Numbered from the stretch's first letter, positions 16,911 to 26,991 are shown. The stretch: DNA of 64,000 nt from an uncultured Actinomycetes bacterium (GCA_963841735.1 CAWJDT010000001.1:1600001-1664000); one strand, 5' to 3'. Made by a program: numbers and translations. Notes: generated by a model from the sequence alone, not told the origin.

Positions 16911-18140
16911 CTAGCCGAGGAAGGTATAGGCCGACTCTCTGTGCTGGGTGAGGTCTAGGCCTATCAGCTCGTGGTCGGGCTTGACGCGCAGTCCTATGAA
17001 CTTGTCCACCAACTTGAGCAGCACCCAGGAGACCACGAACGAGAAGACCGCGGTGACCACCAAGGTGACCAGCTGCACCCAGAGCTGGCGCGCGCCGGAG
17101 TGGAATAGCCCGTTTGCCCCGTTGGAGTTCCACGACAGACTGGCCCATAGTCCGACGGCGAGTATGCCCCACATGCCGGCAACGCCGTGGATGCCGAAGG
17201 CGTCCAGGGAATCGTCGTACTTGAAGCGGGCCTTGACGATCATCACCGAAATGTAGCAGAGGCCGCCTGCGATGGCGCCGATGGCCAGGGCCGGGAGCGG
17301 GCCGACGAAGCCGGCCGCCGGCGTGATGGCGGCCAGCCCGGCGATGAGGCCGGAGAGGAAGCCCAAGGTGGTGGGACGTTTGGCTATGAGCCAGTCGAGG
17401 AGCATCCAGGCGAGGGCTCCGGCCATGGCGCCCATCTGGGTGGTGACGAAGGCCAGGGTGGAGATGGCGCCCGCGCTGAGCGCGCTGCCCCCGTTGAATC
17501 CGAACCAGCCGAACCACAAGAGGGCGGCGCCCAACACGACGAAGGCCAGGTTGTGCGGCGTGCCGGTCTCCGGGTAGCCACGTCGTTTGCCCACCACCAG
17601 AGCAGCGGCCAGGGCCGCCATTCCCGCGCTGATGTGCACCACGGCGCCGCCTGCGAAGTCAAGCGCTCCCAACTCGCGCAGCCATCCTCCGTCGGCCCAT
17701 ATCCAGTGCGCCAGGGGATCGTAGACCAGGGTGGCCCAGAGCACGGCGAAGACCAAGAAGGCGCTGAATTTCATACGTTCGGCGAAGGCGCCGATGATGA
17801 GGGCCGGCGTGATGACGGCGAACATCATCTGGTAGACCATGAAGAGCAGGTGCGGCACCGTAGCCGCGTACACCGCGTTGGGTTCCAGGGTGACGCCGTG
17901 CATGGCCGCGTACGACAGTCCGCCGATGACGCCCCCGTGGTCGGGGCCGAAGGCGAGGCTATAGCCAAACAGCACCCATTGCAGGCCGATGACGCATACG
18001 GCCGCCAGACACTGCATGAAGACCGAGAGGATGTTCTTTCTGCGAACGAGGCCTCCGTAGAAGAAGGCCAGCCCCGGGGTCATGAGAAGAACCAGGGCCG
18101 AGCTGATGAGCATCCAGGCGGTGTCGCCACTATCGATCAA
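16911..18140 (-). CDS. amtB: Ammonium transporter
   Basis: GDTAWML, MTPGLAFFYGG, DFAGGAVVH, WFGWFGFNGGS, DDSLDAFGIHG; TTG start after AAGGAG. Confidence 0.95.
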   Translation of the reverse strand: MIDSGDTAWMLISSALVLLMTPGLAFFYGGLVRRKNILSVFMQCLAAVCVIGLQWVLFGYSLAFGPDHGGVIGGLSYAAMHGVTLEPNAVYAATVPHLLFMVYQMMFAVITPALIIGAFAERMKFSAFLVFAVLWATLVYDPLAHWIWADGGWLRELGALDFAGGAVVHISAGMAALAAALVVGKRRGYPETGTPHNLAFVVLGAALLWFGWFGFNGGSALSAGAISTLAFVTTQMGAMAGALAWMLLDWLIAKRPTTLGFLSGLIAGLAAITPAAGFVGPLPALAIGAIAGGLCYISVMIVKARFKYDDSLDAFGIHGVAGMWGILAVGLWASLSWNSNGANGLFHSGARQLWVQLVTLVVTAVFSFVVSWVLLKLVDKFIGLRVKPDHELIGLDLTQHRESAYTFLG

Positions 18141-18267
18141 GATGTCACTCCTTAGGTCGCCGCCGGCGCGTGGATCGAGTCGAGCGTTGGCTAATGTAGC
18201 AGGCGAGACGGGGTTCTCGGAAGATGCCTGCCGCATCCGCCGTGGGAGCGGGGCCGGGGTCGGGCGC

Positions 18268-18768
18268 TCAGATCACCGGCTGCCTCTTGTCCAGCAGGTG
18301 TCTGACGGCCAGATAGGGGTGCCGTAGTGTCATCCGTGGCCCGGAGTAGCGCATCACGGTCTTGATCTGCCCGCGCGTCTCGGGCCGGAAGCAATGCACG
18401 GGGCAGTGGCTGCAGGTGGGTTTGTCTTCACCGAAGCGGCACTGCTCCACGCGGCGGCGGGAGTACTCGGCCAGGGCGGCGCAGGCGGGGCAGAGGCCCG
18501 GATCGGCGGACTCGGTGGCGGGGACCGCACTTGGGGCGGTGCTCGCGGCCGGCGCTCCCGCGACCGCGCCGGTCATGTCCGCGGCGCCGGTTTGGTCAGC
18601 GCACGAGTCCGGGCCCCCGCTGGGTGCGCCGGGGTGGCTGGCTCGGCAATACATGCCGATCATCAAGGCTACAGTGCGCTGTTCTCGGCGCACCCGTTCC
18701 ATAGCGTGGTTCGTCAAGGCTCTTCCCATCTGCTCCCGGTTGGCGGCAATCCTGTATCTTATGCTCAC
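18268..18768 (-). CDS. YgbA-like (nitrous oxide-stimulated promoter family) Cys-rich protein with low-complexity insert; start uncertain
   Basis: REQRTVALMIGMYCR...LCPAC..Y...RVEQC..GEDKPTCSHCPVHC..MRYSGPRM. Confidence 0.8.
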   Translation of the reverse strand: MSIRYRIAANREQMGRALTNHAMERVRREQRTVALMIGMYCRASHPGAPSGGPDSCADQTGAADMTGAVAGAPAASTAPSAVPATESADPGLCPACAALAEYSRRRVEQCRFGEDKPTCSHCPVHCFRPETRGQIKTVMRYSGPRMTLRHPYLAVRHLLDKRQPVI

Positions 18769-18792
18769 TTGTATCTTAGGAGGTAGTCCATC

Positions 18793-19023
18793 ATGGGTTT
18801 CATGGGTCCCTGGGAATGGGCAATCGTGGCCGTTCTGGTTCTGCTCGTGTTTGGCGGCAAGCTTCTGCCCAAGCTGGGCCGGTCTCTCGGCAAGAGCCTT
18901 ACCGGGCTCAAGCAGGGTGCGAAGGAAGGCACCGAAGAGTTCAAGTCGGCTGTGTCGGAGGACTCCGATGCCGGCAAGAATGACGCGAGCACCAAGTCTA
19001 AAGAGGGCGACGACTCCAAGTAG
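18793..19023 (+). CDS. tatA: Twin-arginine translocase TatA/E
   Basis: GPWE..LLVFGGKLLPKLGRSLG; AGGAGGT RBS. Confidence 0.9.
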   Translation: MGFMGPWEWAIVAVLVLLVFGGKLLPKLGRSLGKSLTGLKQGAKEGTEEFKSAVSEDSDAGKNDASTKSKEGDDSK

Positions 19024-19092
19024 CTCGGGTGGGCGTCGGCGGCGGTTCCGCGGCCGCGTAGCGTCGGCGTCGGCGCTACGGTTCTGGGGTCG

Positions 19093-20334
19093 CTACAACA
19101 GCTCCAGGAAGCTTTCCATCGCCTGCCGTGACTTCTCCTGTTGTGGTCCGCCGCGGGCCAGGGCGTCTCCGTCGATGGCTAAGAAGGGGATGCCCGCCTC
19201 CATGAAGGCTGCCCGCACCACCGGGACCGAGCCCAACCCGTGCCGGCAACCCCAGTGGTTGAAATGCACCACTCCATCCACCTTGAGCTGTTTGGCCAGC
19301 GCCACGTTGAGACGGGCACGGCGGGCCGAGCTGCCCCACATCACGTTGTCGGTGAGGCGTTTGGCCAGGCCGGGGAAGGGATCGTCGGGGTCGACGGTCT
19401 CGAGGTGCATCTGCCCCATCTCTTCAAAGAGCACCGCGGCCCCCCGTTCACGGATGAGCTCGAAGATCTCAGCGTCATGGTGCGGGACGGTGTGAAGCCA
19501 CAACAGGCGCTTCCACTTGCGGCCGTCCTCGCGCGGGGGGATGATGATGTCGGAGCGGCCGTGCTCGGTGAGCAGCCGTTCGAAGTCCTTGGCACCGGCT
19601 TCGGTGCCCCACATCAGCTGTCCGAGGAACACTAGGGCGAACGTCTCGCGTCCGTCCATCTCCAAGCGGCCGGCGACGCGTTCTGACATGATGTGGCCCC
19701 AGGCGGCCGAGGCCCTGTTCGAGAGTCTGATGGCTCGGTCGAGATCGGGTCTGAGCCCGGTCCAGCGGCCGATGTCTTCGTGAAGCTCCCGCATCTGCTC
19801 GGCCACGTCGGCTACCACGGCGGGTGAGGCCTCGCCTTCGTCGGGCGGCACCGGCACTCGGATCTCGCGGTGGGGCACGCCGTGCCGGACGGCCAGCATC
19901 TCTAGCAGGCACTCCTTACCCAGACAGAGGGGGGTGGTGCCCAGGCACATGGAGGGGACCGGGAGCATGTCGTTCTCCACGGCTGCCAGGGCCATGCGGT
20001 GGTAGCTGCAGACGTCGCGCGCCAGCGGCATGCGCGCGGCGGCGGCCTCCAGGGGCTCACGGGACGGGGTGCCGGTGAGGGTGGCCGAGCCCAGCTCGGG
20101 GATCATGGGGGTGAGCTTGTAGGAGGTCAAGAGCTCGGTGGGAAAGAGGTACGACACCCAAGGGACAACAGCGTCAGGCTTAAAGAGATCCAGAGACGCG
20201 CTTGCAGCGTGGAGATGCATGTACTGTTTAGCGGTGCGGAATCGGAGCGCCTTGTAGCGGGATTGGGCTAGGTAGGCGGTGCGGATCACCGTCGCGCTGA
20301 GGGAGTCGCCTGTGGCGTCGTTGAGACTGGGCAT
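19093..20334 (-). CDS. 2-hydroxyacyl-CoA dehydratase family subunit (HGD-D)
   Basis: RDVCSYHR, TTPLC, VDGVVHFNHWGC, GIPFLAIDGD. Confidence 0.85.
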   Translation of the reverse strand: MPSLNDATGDSLSATVIRTAYLAQSRYKALRFRTAKQYMHLHAASASLDLFKPDAVVPWVSYLFPTELLTSYKLTPMIPELGSATLTGTPSREPLEAAAARMPLARDVCSYHRMALAAVENDMLPVPSMCLGTTPLCLGKECLLEMLAVRHGVPHREIRVPVPPDEGEASPAVVADVAEQMRELHEDIGRWTGLRPDLDRAIRLSNRASAAWGHIMSERVAGRLEMDGRETFALVFLGQLMWGTEAGAKDFERLLTEHGRSDIIIPPREDGRKWKRLLWLHTVPHHDAEIFELIRERGAAVLFEEMGQMHLETVDPDDPFPGLAKRLTDNVMWGSSARRARLNVALAKQLKVDGVVHFNHWGCRHGLGSVPVVRAAFMEAGIPFLAIDGDALARGGPQQEKSRQAMESFLELL

Positions 20335-20343
20335 GGGGTGGTC

Positions 20344-21525
20344 CTAGCCCTCGAAGAGGTCGTCGTCGGGAAGGTCGGTAGAAGCGGCGCTGCTCGGGGC
20401 GCCGGCCAGGGCGCCGGCTAGGGCGCCACACGGGGCGCCGCACAGGGTGTCGGCGGGTGCCATTCCGGTTGGGTCGGCGTTGCCGGTAACGAACGGGCCG
20501 TCGCCGGCGAGCAGGTCGTTGTCGAGCAGTTGCGCCTCGAGGAAGGCTTCCACCCGGGTACGCAGGGGGCCTCCCGCGTCGAAGGGGAAGTCGACCTCGA
20601 TCTCCAGGTAGGGCAACTGCCGTTCTTGGGCCAGCTGCGCCACCAGCAGGGCGTCGTAGGCGCCGGGGTCGCAGAAGCTCTGGCGGGCGTAGATGATGGA
20701 AGTGGGCTGGGTTTCGTCGAGGTGGCGGTTCAGATGGTCCCGGCGGTCGGCGGTGGAACGGCGCGGGCACATGCCGGCGGCAAGCACCAGGTGGGCGAGG
20801 GCGAGGTAGTCGGTGGCGCCTTGCTGGGCACTGCCGGCCGCCGCTGTCGCCAAAGGCTTCCAGCGGTCTGGCGAGGTGCACGACTCAAGGCCCGAGACGT
20901 GCAGGCCCAGAGTGCCGACCAGACGCAGCAGCGAGTCGTCGCTGAGCGGCCCGGCCACCAGGAACACCCCTCCGGGACGCGGAGGAGCGGGGTAATCCAC
21001 GGAGGGGGGCACGGCCACGGGGGCGGCCTCGTCGGCAGCGGATGAGGTGGTGGGCGTGGTCCCGTCGCCGGCTGTGCCGGCACGCAGCCACTGGTCCAGG
21101 CACCGCAGGTCGGAGGCCAGCGTCTTGGCGACCGCCGCTCCAGACGTGCGGGGCATGGGCAGCACGAAGACCCTTCCAGGATAAGTGGCCGCAAGCAGGT
21201 CGCCCAGGCGGCGCATGGCGTCGCAGCCACCGGGCACCACCAGGCGGTCGGTGGATGAAGGGCCGGCCGCGGCCGCGGTAAGCGGGGGGGCACCAGCCGC
21301 GGCGCCAGCTCGCGCGTCGCGGCTCGGAGTCCCCAAGACCTCCTGGGCTGCGGCGACCAACTTGGTCACGTACGGGCAGGTCATGGGGTGCACACTGAGG
21401 GATTCGCGGCGGGCGGGTGCGCTTTGGTCGCGCAGATGGCCACCCAGCCAACGGGGCGAGTATCCGGCCTCGACAACGAGGTCAAGGGGCAGTAGGTCGC
21501 AGGTGTAGTAACAGTTGGGCATCAA
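20344..21525 (-). CDS. 2-hydroxyacyl-CoA dehydratase family subunit (HGD-D), second
   Basis: YTCDLLP, MTCPYV, GCDAMRRL, ESCT, FCDP, LRTRVEAFLE. Confidence 0.8.
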   Translation of the reverse strand: MMPNCYYTCDLLPLDLVVEAGYSPRWLGGHLRDQSAPARRESLSVHPMTCPYVTKLVAAAQEVLGTPSRDARAGAAAGAPPLTAAAAGPSSTDRLVVPGGCDAMRRLGDLLAATYPGRVFVLPMPRTSGAAVAKTLASDLRCLDQWLRAGTAGDGTTPTTSSAADEAAPVAVPPSVDYPAPPRPGGVFLVAGPLSDDSLLRLVGTLGLHVSGLESCTSPDRWKPLATAAAGSAQQGATDYLALAHLVLAAGMCPRRSTADRRDHLNRHLDETQPTSIIYARQSFCDPGAYDALLVAQLAQERQLPYLEIEVDFPFDAGGPLRTRVEAFLEAQLLDNDLLAGDGPFVTGNADPTGMAPADTLCGAPCGALAGALAGAPSSAASTDLPDDDLFEG

Positions 21526-21699
21526 TCGATCCCTGCCAGGTTATGGGTCGGAGCCGGTGAATACAAGCCCTTGGCCCTTGAGTTGAGCGATTGGGGTCCC
21601 ACCGGTGGCGGTTACTCGACAGCCGCCTGGGGCACTATATGGGAAGCCGAGCAGTTAATGGAGTCGGGTCAACGACTATCGAGATTATCGAGGTTCGCT

Positions 21700-22344
21700 A
21701 TGTCCAGCGCAAGCGAGCCCGCCGGGGCGCTCCGGTTGTTACTCTTCAAGAGCCGCATGGTGGCGTACGCCCGCTTTGGCTCCGATGGATGCTTGAAGGA
21801 CGCCAATCCGCGGTTTCTCAGTCTCGTCGGTGGCGAGAGCGACGATAGGCGGCTGCCCCAGTTGGTGGTCGAGGGCCAGCGCGAGGAGATGACCAAACTG
21901 CTCCGGGAGCGCCGGTCGTCGGGCGCAGCGCTCAACCTGCATTTTGCCAAGGGGGTCGAGAGTCCGGTGACCCTGTTGGTGACATGGGAATGGGACGACG
22001 GCGACCTCATCCTGCTTGGAGAGGCGCAGGCGGACGATCTAGAAGCCACGCAGGCGACTCTCGTGAAACTGAACCGCCAGGTGTCGGAGTTGGCGCGGGA
22101 GAACGCCAAGAGGAACGCCGCTCTCGAGAAGGCGCTGGCAGACCTGAGCGCCTCTCACTGGCATCTGCGCCGGCTCCAAGAACTGCTCCCCATATGCTCC
22201 TACTGTGGCAAGGTGCGCACGGGAGATGACTACTGGCAGAGCGTGGAGGCCTATCTTTCCGAGAACGCGGATTTTCTCACCCACGGCATCTGCCCGGAAT
22301 GCTTTGTCAAGGTGCAGTCGGAACTGGAGGAACGCCATGAGTGA
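21700..22344 (+). CDS. PAS-like domain + coiled coil + C-terminal CxxC/HGxCxxC metal-binding domain
   Basis: DGCLKDANPRF PAS start; LLPICSYCGKVR..YWQSVEAYL..THGICPEC. Confidence 0.75.
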   Translation: MSSASEPAGALRLLLFKSRMVAYARFGSDGCLKDANPRFLSLVGGESDDRRLPQLVVEGQREEMTKLLRERRSSGAALNLHFAKGVESPVTLLVTWEWDDGDLILLGEAQADDLEATQATLVKLNRQVSELARENAKRNAALEKALADLSASHWHLRRLQELLPICSYCGKVRTGDDYWQSVEAYLSENADFLTHGICPECFVKVQSELEERHE

Positions 22345-22747
22345 ACGCGGCCCGGGGGGTCTGGGGGATCGTCTGAAGGATGAACATGACGCTATTCTCG
22401 CCGCGGTGGCGGCGCGTATGCGCGGCGACGAAGACATGGGCAAGGTCGCCGCTCAGAGAGGTCTGAGCGAGGCCGATATCAACAGCCAGGTCTTGGGTTT
22501 CTGGCTGCAGGGCATCCGGAGCGATTTGACTCTGGGCACTACCGCCGCGATGCAGCAGAACATGACTTGGCTCAAGAGCTTCCGTTCGGGCCACGACCTC
22601 CCCTTCGACGGAAGGGCGGTGCGGAGATGCTTCGCCGAGCTCTCCGACGAAATCGACTCCCGGCTTGATACCGAGGAGCATCGGGCCGAGTACGCCACCT
22701 TCAGGACTCAAGTCGACACGATCATTTCCGATTCGTTTCCCGAGTAG
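22337..22747 (+). CDS. Small all-helical protein, possibly globin/bilin-binding-like
   Basis: GGAGG RBS, overlaps upstream stop; 136 aa with amphipathic helices. Confidence 0.6.
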   Translation: MSERGPGGLGDRLKDEHDAILAAVAARMRGDEDMGKVAAQRGLSEADINSQVLGFWLQGIRSDLTLGTTAAMQQNMTWLKSFRSGHDLPFDGRAVRRCFAELSDEIDSRLDTEEHRAEYATFRTQVDTIISDSFPE

Positions 22748-22783
22748 CACCCCGGACCACAGCTTATGTGAAGGGAGCCGGCG

Positions 22784-23416
22784 ATGAAGCTGGAGGAGTA
22801 CATCGACCATCTGATCGCGGGCGAAGACGGACTTTGCCTGGCCGAGGCTCAAGAGATCGCCCAGGATCTGCCGGGCCTGCACAGGCTCTACGTCGAGACC
22901 ATCCAGCCCTCTCAGTACAGGGTGGGGGAGATCTGGGAGGGCGGCAAGATATCCGTGGCGGCCGAGCATCTCGCTACCGCCACCAACAGTTACGTGGCCA
23001 CCCGCTGTTATGCGCCGCTCGCTCGGGCGGCCTCGGGCGGGCCGAAGGCGATGGTGGCCTGCACTCCAGAAGAGATGCATGAGTTGGGCCCGCGCCTGCT
23101 GTCGGACCTGCTCGAGTGCGACGGCTGGGATGTGGATTTCTACGGCACGTCCATGCCGCTACGCGACCTCATCGGCGCGATCAAGGAGAGCCGGCCGCGC
23201 TTTGTTGGACTGTCCGCCGCCTTGGTCATGCATCTGGGCAGCGTGCGTAGCACGATCACCTCCATCAGAGAGACTCTGGGGCCGGCGACTCCGCCGATAG
23301 TGGTGGGCGGAAACGCCTTCAGGGGGAGCGACGACCTCTGGAAGAAGGTGGGAGCCGATCTCTATGCGCCCGACGCCTCCACGGCAGTGGCGATGCTGCG
23401 CGCTCTGCGGGACTGA
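22784..23416 (+). CDS. Stand-alone cobalamin-binding protein (CarH-type B12 domain, no HTH)
   Basis: W-x9-EH (WEGGKISVAAEH), ExHxxG (EMHELG), VGLS, VVGG. Confidence 0.9.
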   Translation: MKLEEYIDHLIAGEDGLCLAEAQEIAQDLPGLHRLYVETIQPSQYRVGEIWEGGKISVAAEHLATATNSYVATRCYAPLARAASGGPKAMVACTPEEMHELGPRLLSDLLECDGWDVDFYGTSMPLRDLIGAIKESRPRFVGLSAALVMHLGSVRSTITSIRETLGPATPPIVVGGNAFRGSDDLWKKVGADLYAPDASTAVAMLRALRD

Positions 23417-23505
23417 GCCCTCCGCCGGCCCGCCCGTCTCTCGCGCCCGCCCCCCCGGCGTGCTATAAATGCCGAGGTGCAAACGGTTCCTGGAGGCGAC
23501 GGACG

Positions 23506-24210
23506 ATGAACAAAGTTTTCCCTAGCGCTGAAGCAGCCATCTTCGATATCGGAGACGGGGCGTCGATCTTGAGCGGGGGATTTGGCCTGTGTGGCAATCC
23601 GGAGAACCTGATTCGGGCGCTTCACACAAAGGGCATAAGAGATCTCACCATCATCAGTAACAACTGTGGCACCGATGAGTATGGGCTGGGGATCCTGCTG
23701 CAGTCCGGTCAGGTCAAAAAGATGGTGTCCAGTTATGTGGGCGAGAACAAGAACTTCGAGCGGCAGTATCTCAGTGGCGAGCTCGAAGTCGAGCTTTGTC
23801 CCCAGGGTACCTTGGCCGAGCGGATCCGCTGCGGCGGGGCCGGCATCCCGGGCTTCTACACACCCACCGCGGTCGGCACCATGCTGGCTGAGGGCAAAGA
23901 AGTGCGCGAGTTCGAAGGCCGTGAGTACCTGTTGGAGATGGGCATAAAGGCCGACTTTGCCATAGTGAACGCCTGGAAAGGTGATCGCCTGGGCAACCTC
24001 GTCTACCGCAAGACCGCCCGCAACTTCAATCCGCTGTGCGCCACCGCCGGCAAGGTCACCATCGCCGAGGTCGAGGAGCTGGTGGAAGTGGGCGAGCTCG
24101 ATCCCGACCTCATCCACACTCCCGGCATCTACGTGAACCGGGTGATCCAGGGCGAGCACTACGAGAAGTGGATCGAAAAGCTCACGGTCCGGCCGAAACC
24201 GCAGGCGTAG
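23506..24210 (+). CDS. scoA: 3-oxoacid CoA-transferase subunit A
   Basis: [37 protein letters not shown]. Confidence 0.88.
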   Translation: MNKVFPSAEAAIFDIGDGASILSGGFGLCGNPENLIRALHTKGIRDLTIISNNCGTDEYGLGILLQSGQVKKMVSSYVGENKNFERQYLSGELEVELCPQGTLAERIRCGGAGIPGFYTPTAVGTMLAEGKEVREFEGREYLLEMGIKADFAIVNAWKGDRLGNLVYRKTARNFNPLCATAGKVTIAEVEELVEVGELDPDLIHTPGIYVNRVIQGEHYEKWIEKLTVRPKPQA

Positions 24211-24244
24211 TCACTCGGCCGAGCATATACCTCAGGAGGCGATA

Positions 24245-24901
24245 ATGGGACTTACCAAGGAACAGCAGGCCAAAAGAGTCGCGGCCGAATTCCAGGACGG
24301 CTACTACATCAACCTGGGCATCGGCATGCCGACCCTGGTCAGCAACTATCTGCCCGAGGGCAAGGATATCTTCTTGCACTCCGAGAACGGCATCCTCGGC
24401 GCCGGGCCGTACCCCTATGAGGGCGAGGCCGACCCCGATCTGATCAACGCCGGCAAAGAGACCATCACTGAGCTGCCCGGCTGCAGCTACTTCTCCAACG
24501 CCGATTCCTTCGCCATGGTCCGCGGTGGGCATCTGGACGCCACCGTGCTGGGCGCCATGGAGGTCTCCGAGAAGGGCGATCTGGCCAACTGGATGATCCC
24601 CGGCAAGATGATCAAGGGCATGGGCGGCGCCGGCGACATCGTCAAGGGTGCCAAGCACGTGATCATCATGATGGATCACAACGCCAAGGACGGCACCCCG
24701 AAGATCCGCACAGAGTGCACCCTCCCCCTCACCGGCATCAAGTGCGTCAACCTCATCGTCACCGACCTCGCTGTTCTTGAGGTCACGCCCGAGGGCATGG
24801 TGCTCAGAGAGGGCGCGCCGGGTATGACTGCGGAAGATATCCAGAAGGTCACTGAGCCAAAGCTGATCGTCAGCCCCGACTTCAAGTCCATAGAGGTCTA
24901 G
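24245..24901 (+). CDS. scoB: 3-oxoacid CoA-transferase subunit B
   Basis: NLGIGMPT, catalytic HSENG, RGGHLD, GMGGA. Confidence 0.88.
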   Translation: MGLTKEQQAKRVAAEFQDGYYINLGIGMPTLVSNYLPEGKDIFLHSENGILGAGPYPYEGEADPDLINAGKETITELPGCSYFSNADSFAMVRGGHLDATVLGAMEVSEKGDLANWMIPGKMIKGMGGAGDIVKGAKHVIIMMDHNAKDGTPKIRTECTLPLTGIKCVNLIVTDLAVLEVTPEGMVLREGAPGMTAEDIQKVTEPKLIVSPDFKSIEV

Positions 24902-24920
24902 GCGGGAGCAGGAGAGCAAG

Positions 24921-25610
24921 ATGCCCAAGAACAAGGTCGTAGGCCTCCAAGAGGCGGTCTCCCGCATCGAGTCCGGGATGACGGTGGCCGTAGGGGGTTT
25001 CCTGTCGCAGGGGGACCCGCTCACGCTTATCCACGCATTGCTGGAATGTGATGTCAACGATCTGACCATCATCTCCTGCACGGCGGGTTTTCGCGACCGC
25101 GGCATAGTGGAACTGGTCAAGGCCGGTAAGGTGCGCAAGGTCATCGCCAGTCACATAGGCACTACTCCAGACGTGGTTAAGGCTTACCACTCAGGCGAGA
25201 TCGAGGTGGAGCTGGTGCCGCAGGGCACGCTGGCCGAGCAACTCCGGTCCGGAGGCGCAGGTCTGGGCGGTTTCTTGACTCCTACCGCTTTGGGCACGCA
25301 GATGGCCAACGGTAAGCAGCAGATCGAGGTGGACGGCAAGATGTATCTGCTGGAGAAAGCCCTCAAGGCGGACGCCGCCCTAGTGCGCGCCCACGACGGC
25401 GACACCTGGGGGAACCTGAGGTACCGGGGCACCGCCTCCAACTACAACCCCCTGTGCGCGGCGTGCGCTCAATACACCATCGCCGAGGTGGAGTACTTGT
25501 ACAGCCCGGGTGAGATATCACCGGACAGCGTGCACACCCCCGGCATATACGTGCACTCTGTCGTTAGGTCCGATCTTGTCTACCGCGGCTCTGCGCACGG
25601 AATATGTTGA
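24921..25610 (+). CDS. CoA-transferase subunit A, second copy
   Basis: VGGF, ASHIG, PQGTLAEQLRSGG, VHTPGIYV. Confidence 0.88.
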   Translation: MPKNKVVGLQEAVSRIESGMTVAVGGFLSQGDPLTLIHALLECDVNDLTIISCTAGFRDRGIVELVKAGKVRKVIASHIGTTPDVVKAYHSGEIEVELVPQGTLAEQLRSGGAGLGGFLTPTALGTQMANGKQQIEVDGKMYLLEKALKADAALVRAHDGDTWGNLRYRGTASNYNPLCAACAQYTIAEVEYLYSPGEISPDSVHTPGIYVHSVVRSDLVYRGSAHGIC

Positions 25611-25620
25611 GGTGCCTGTA

Positions 25621-26295
25621 ATGGATATCAAGAACATCATCGCCGCGCGCGCGGCCCAGGAACTGCAAGACGGCCAGGTGATCAACCTGGGCATCGGAGT
25701 TCCCACCCTGGTTGCCAACCACGTGCCTCCGGGCATAGACGTGGTCATTCAGACTCAGAACGGGGCTGTGGGCGTCGGCCCTGTTCCCGATGAATTTTGC
25801 GCCGATCATGACAGGGCTAATGCCGGGGGGCAGCCGATAACTCTGGTGGCCGGCGGAAGCTTCTTCGATTCAGCTGCCTCGTTCGCCATGATCCGCGGCG
25901 GCCATATCGACATGACCTTCTTGGGCACCTTCCAGGTGGACGGCGACGGCAATATCGCCAGCTACGAGGTGCCCGGCAAGATCGTGGCGGGCATGGGCGG
26001 CGCCATGGACCTGCTGGTCGGCGCCAGGCTCGTACACGTCGTCACCGAGCACTGCTCGAAAGACGGAGAGAGCAAGCTGCTCAAGAAGTGCACTTTCCCC
26101 TTGACCGGAGCGGCTGAGGCCGACGGCATCATCACCGAGCGGGCTGTTTTCAAGCGCTACCCGGATAAGGGTTTCGTGCTCGAGGAAGTAGCCCGAGGCT
26201 ATACGCTGGAGGACATAGCCGCCTGCACGGAGATGGACTACGTGGTCTCCGAGAACGTCAAGATGGACGCCTACGGGCCAGAGCCCGGGGAGTAA
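25621..26295 (+). CDS. CoA-transferase subunit B, second copy; SENG motif reads TQNG
   Basis: NLGIGVPT, QTQNG, RGGHID, GMGGAMDL, KCTFPLTG. Confidence 0.88.
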   Translation: MDIKNIIAARAAQELQDGQVINLGIGVPTLVANHVPPGIDVVIQTQNGAVGVGPVPDEFCADHDRANAGGQPITLVAGGSFFDSAASFAMIRGGHIDMTFLGTFQVDGDGNIASYEVPGKIVAGMGGAMDLLVGARLVHVVTEHCSKDGESKLLKKCTFPLTGAAEADGIITERAVFKRYPDKGFVLEEVARGYTLEDIAACTEMDYVVSENVKMDAYGPEPGE

Positions 26296-26313
26296 TCAAG
26301 AGAACGGAGTGTC

Positions 26314-26991
26314 ATGCGGGCGATCGCTCGCCACTCCATAGTGATCGTGCTGGTGGCGGCGTGGATCGGAGCAGTCGTCTACCCTGATCCGCGCCCTTTC
26401 TTCACCTCCGCGGCTCGCCTGAAGAATCCGCCGGTGGACGCCGGCGCCGCTGCTGAGGTCGCTGCCCTGCTTCCCGACGACTACAAGGCCGTGGAGGACT
26501 TCGTCGCCGTCAACGTGGTCTACAAGACTGCCTGGGAGCTATACGGGTTGCCCTGGTATTTCCCCACGGTCCCGGAAGTCATCGCCGACCGGGCGGGCGA
26601 CTGCCAGGCCCAAGCCGTTCTGATGGCGAGCATCCTGAAGGCTAAAGGCATGCCGTACACGCTGCGCTATTCGTTCGACCACGTATGGGTGGACTATCCG
26701 GGTAAAGGGGCGACGGCTCTGGAAGACCCGAGCACGTCGTTCGTGTCCGATGATGGAAAGGGTTGGCTGGCCGGTTTGCCGGACAAGATCCCTCTGTGGA
26801 CGATCATTAAAGTGCGGGTGGCCTATCACTGGACCCCCATGCCCTTTGTACAGAAGCTGCTGATCGTGCTGGGGGTGACCGTCATCGTCGGCTTCGGCGA
26901 GCGGCGCTTTTTTGGCCGATTGAGGCGGCGGGTGTGGCGCGGTAACCCGGCCTGGGCTCTTCCGGTGTCCGCCGGGTCTGGAACGAGATAG
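26314..26991 (+). CDS. Membrane-anchored transglutaminase-like (cysteine protease fold) protein
   Basis: GDCQAQA and HVWVD catalytic-type motifs; N- and C-terminal TM. Confidence 0.7.
   Translation: MRAIARHSIVIVLVAAWIGAVVYPDPRPFFTSAARLKNPPVDAGAAAEVAALLPDDYKAVEDFVAVNVVYKTAWELYGLPWYFPTVPEVIADRAGDCQAQAVLMASILKAKGMPYTLRYSFDHVWVDYPGKGATALEDPSTSFVSDDGKGWLAGLPDKIPLWTIIKVRVAYHWTPMPFVQKLLIVLGVTVIVGFGERRFFGRLRRRVWRGNPAWALPVSAGSGTR

Noticed and set aside
22784-23416. Methyltransferase corrinoid protein (MtaC/MttC type)
   Set aside because: Has the W-x9-EH CarH-type signature and no neighbouring methyltransferases
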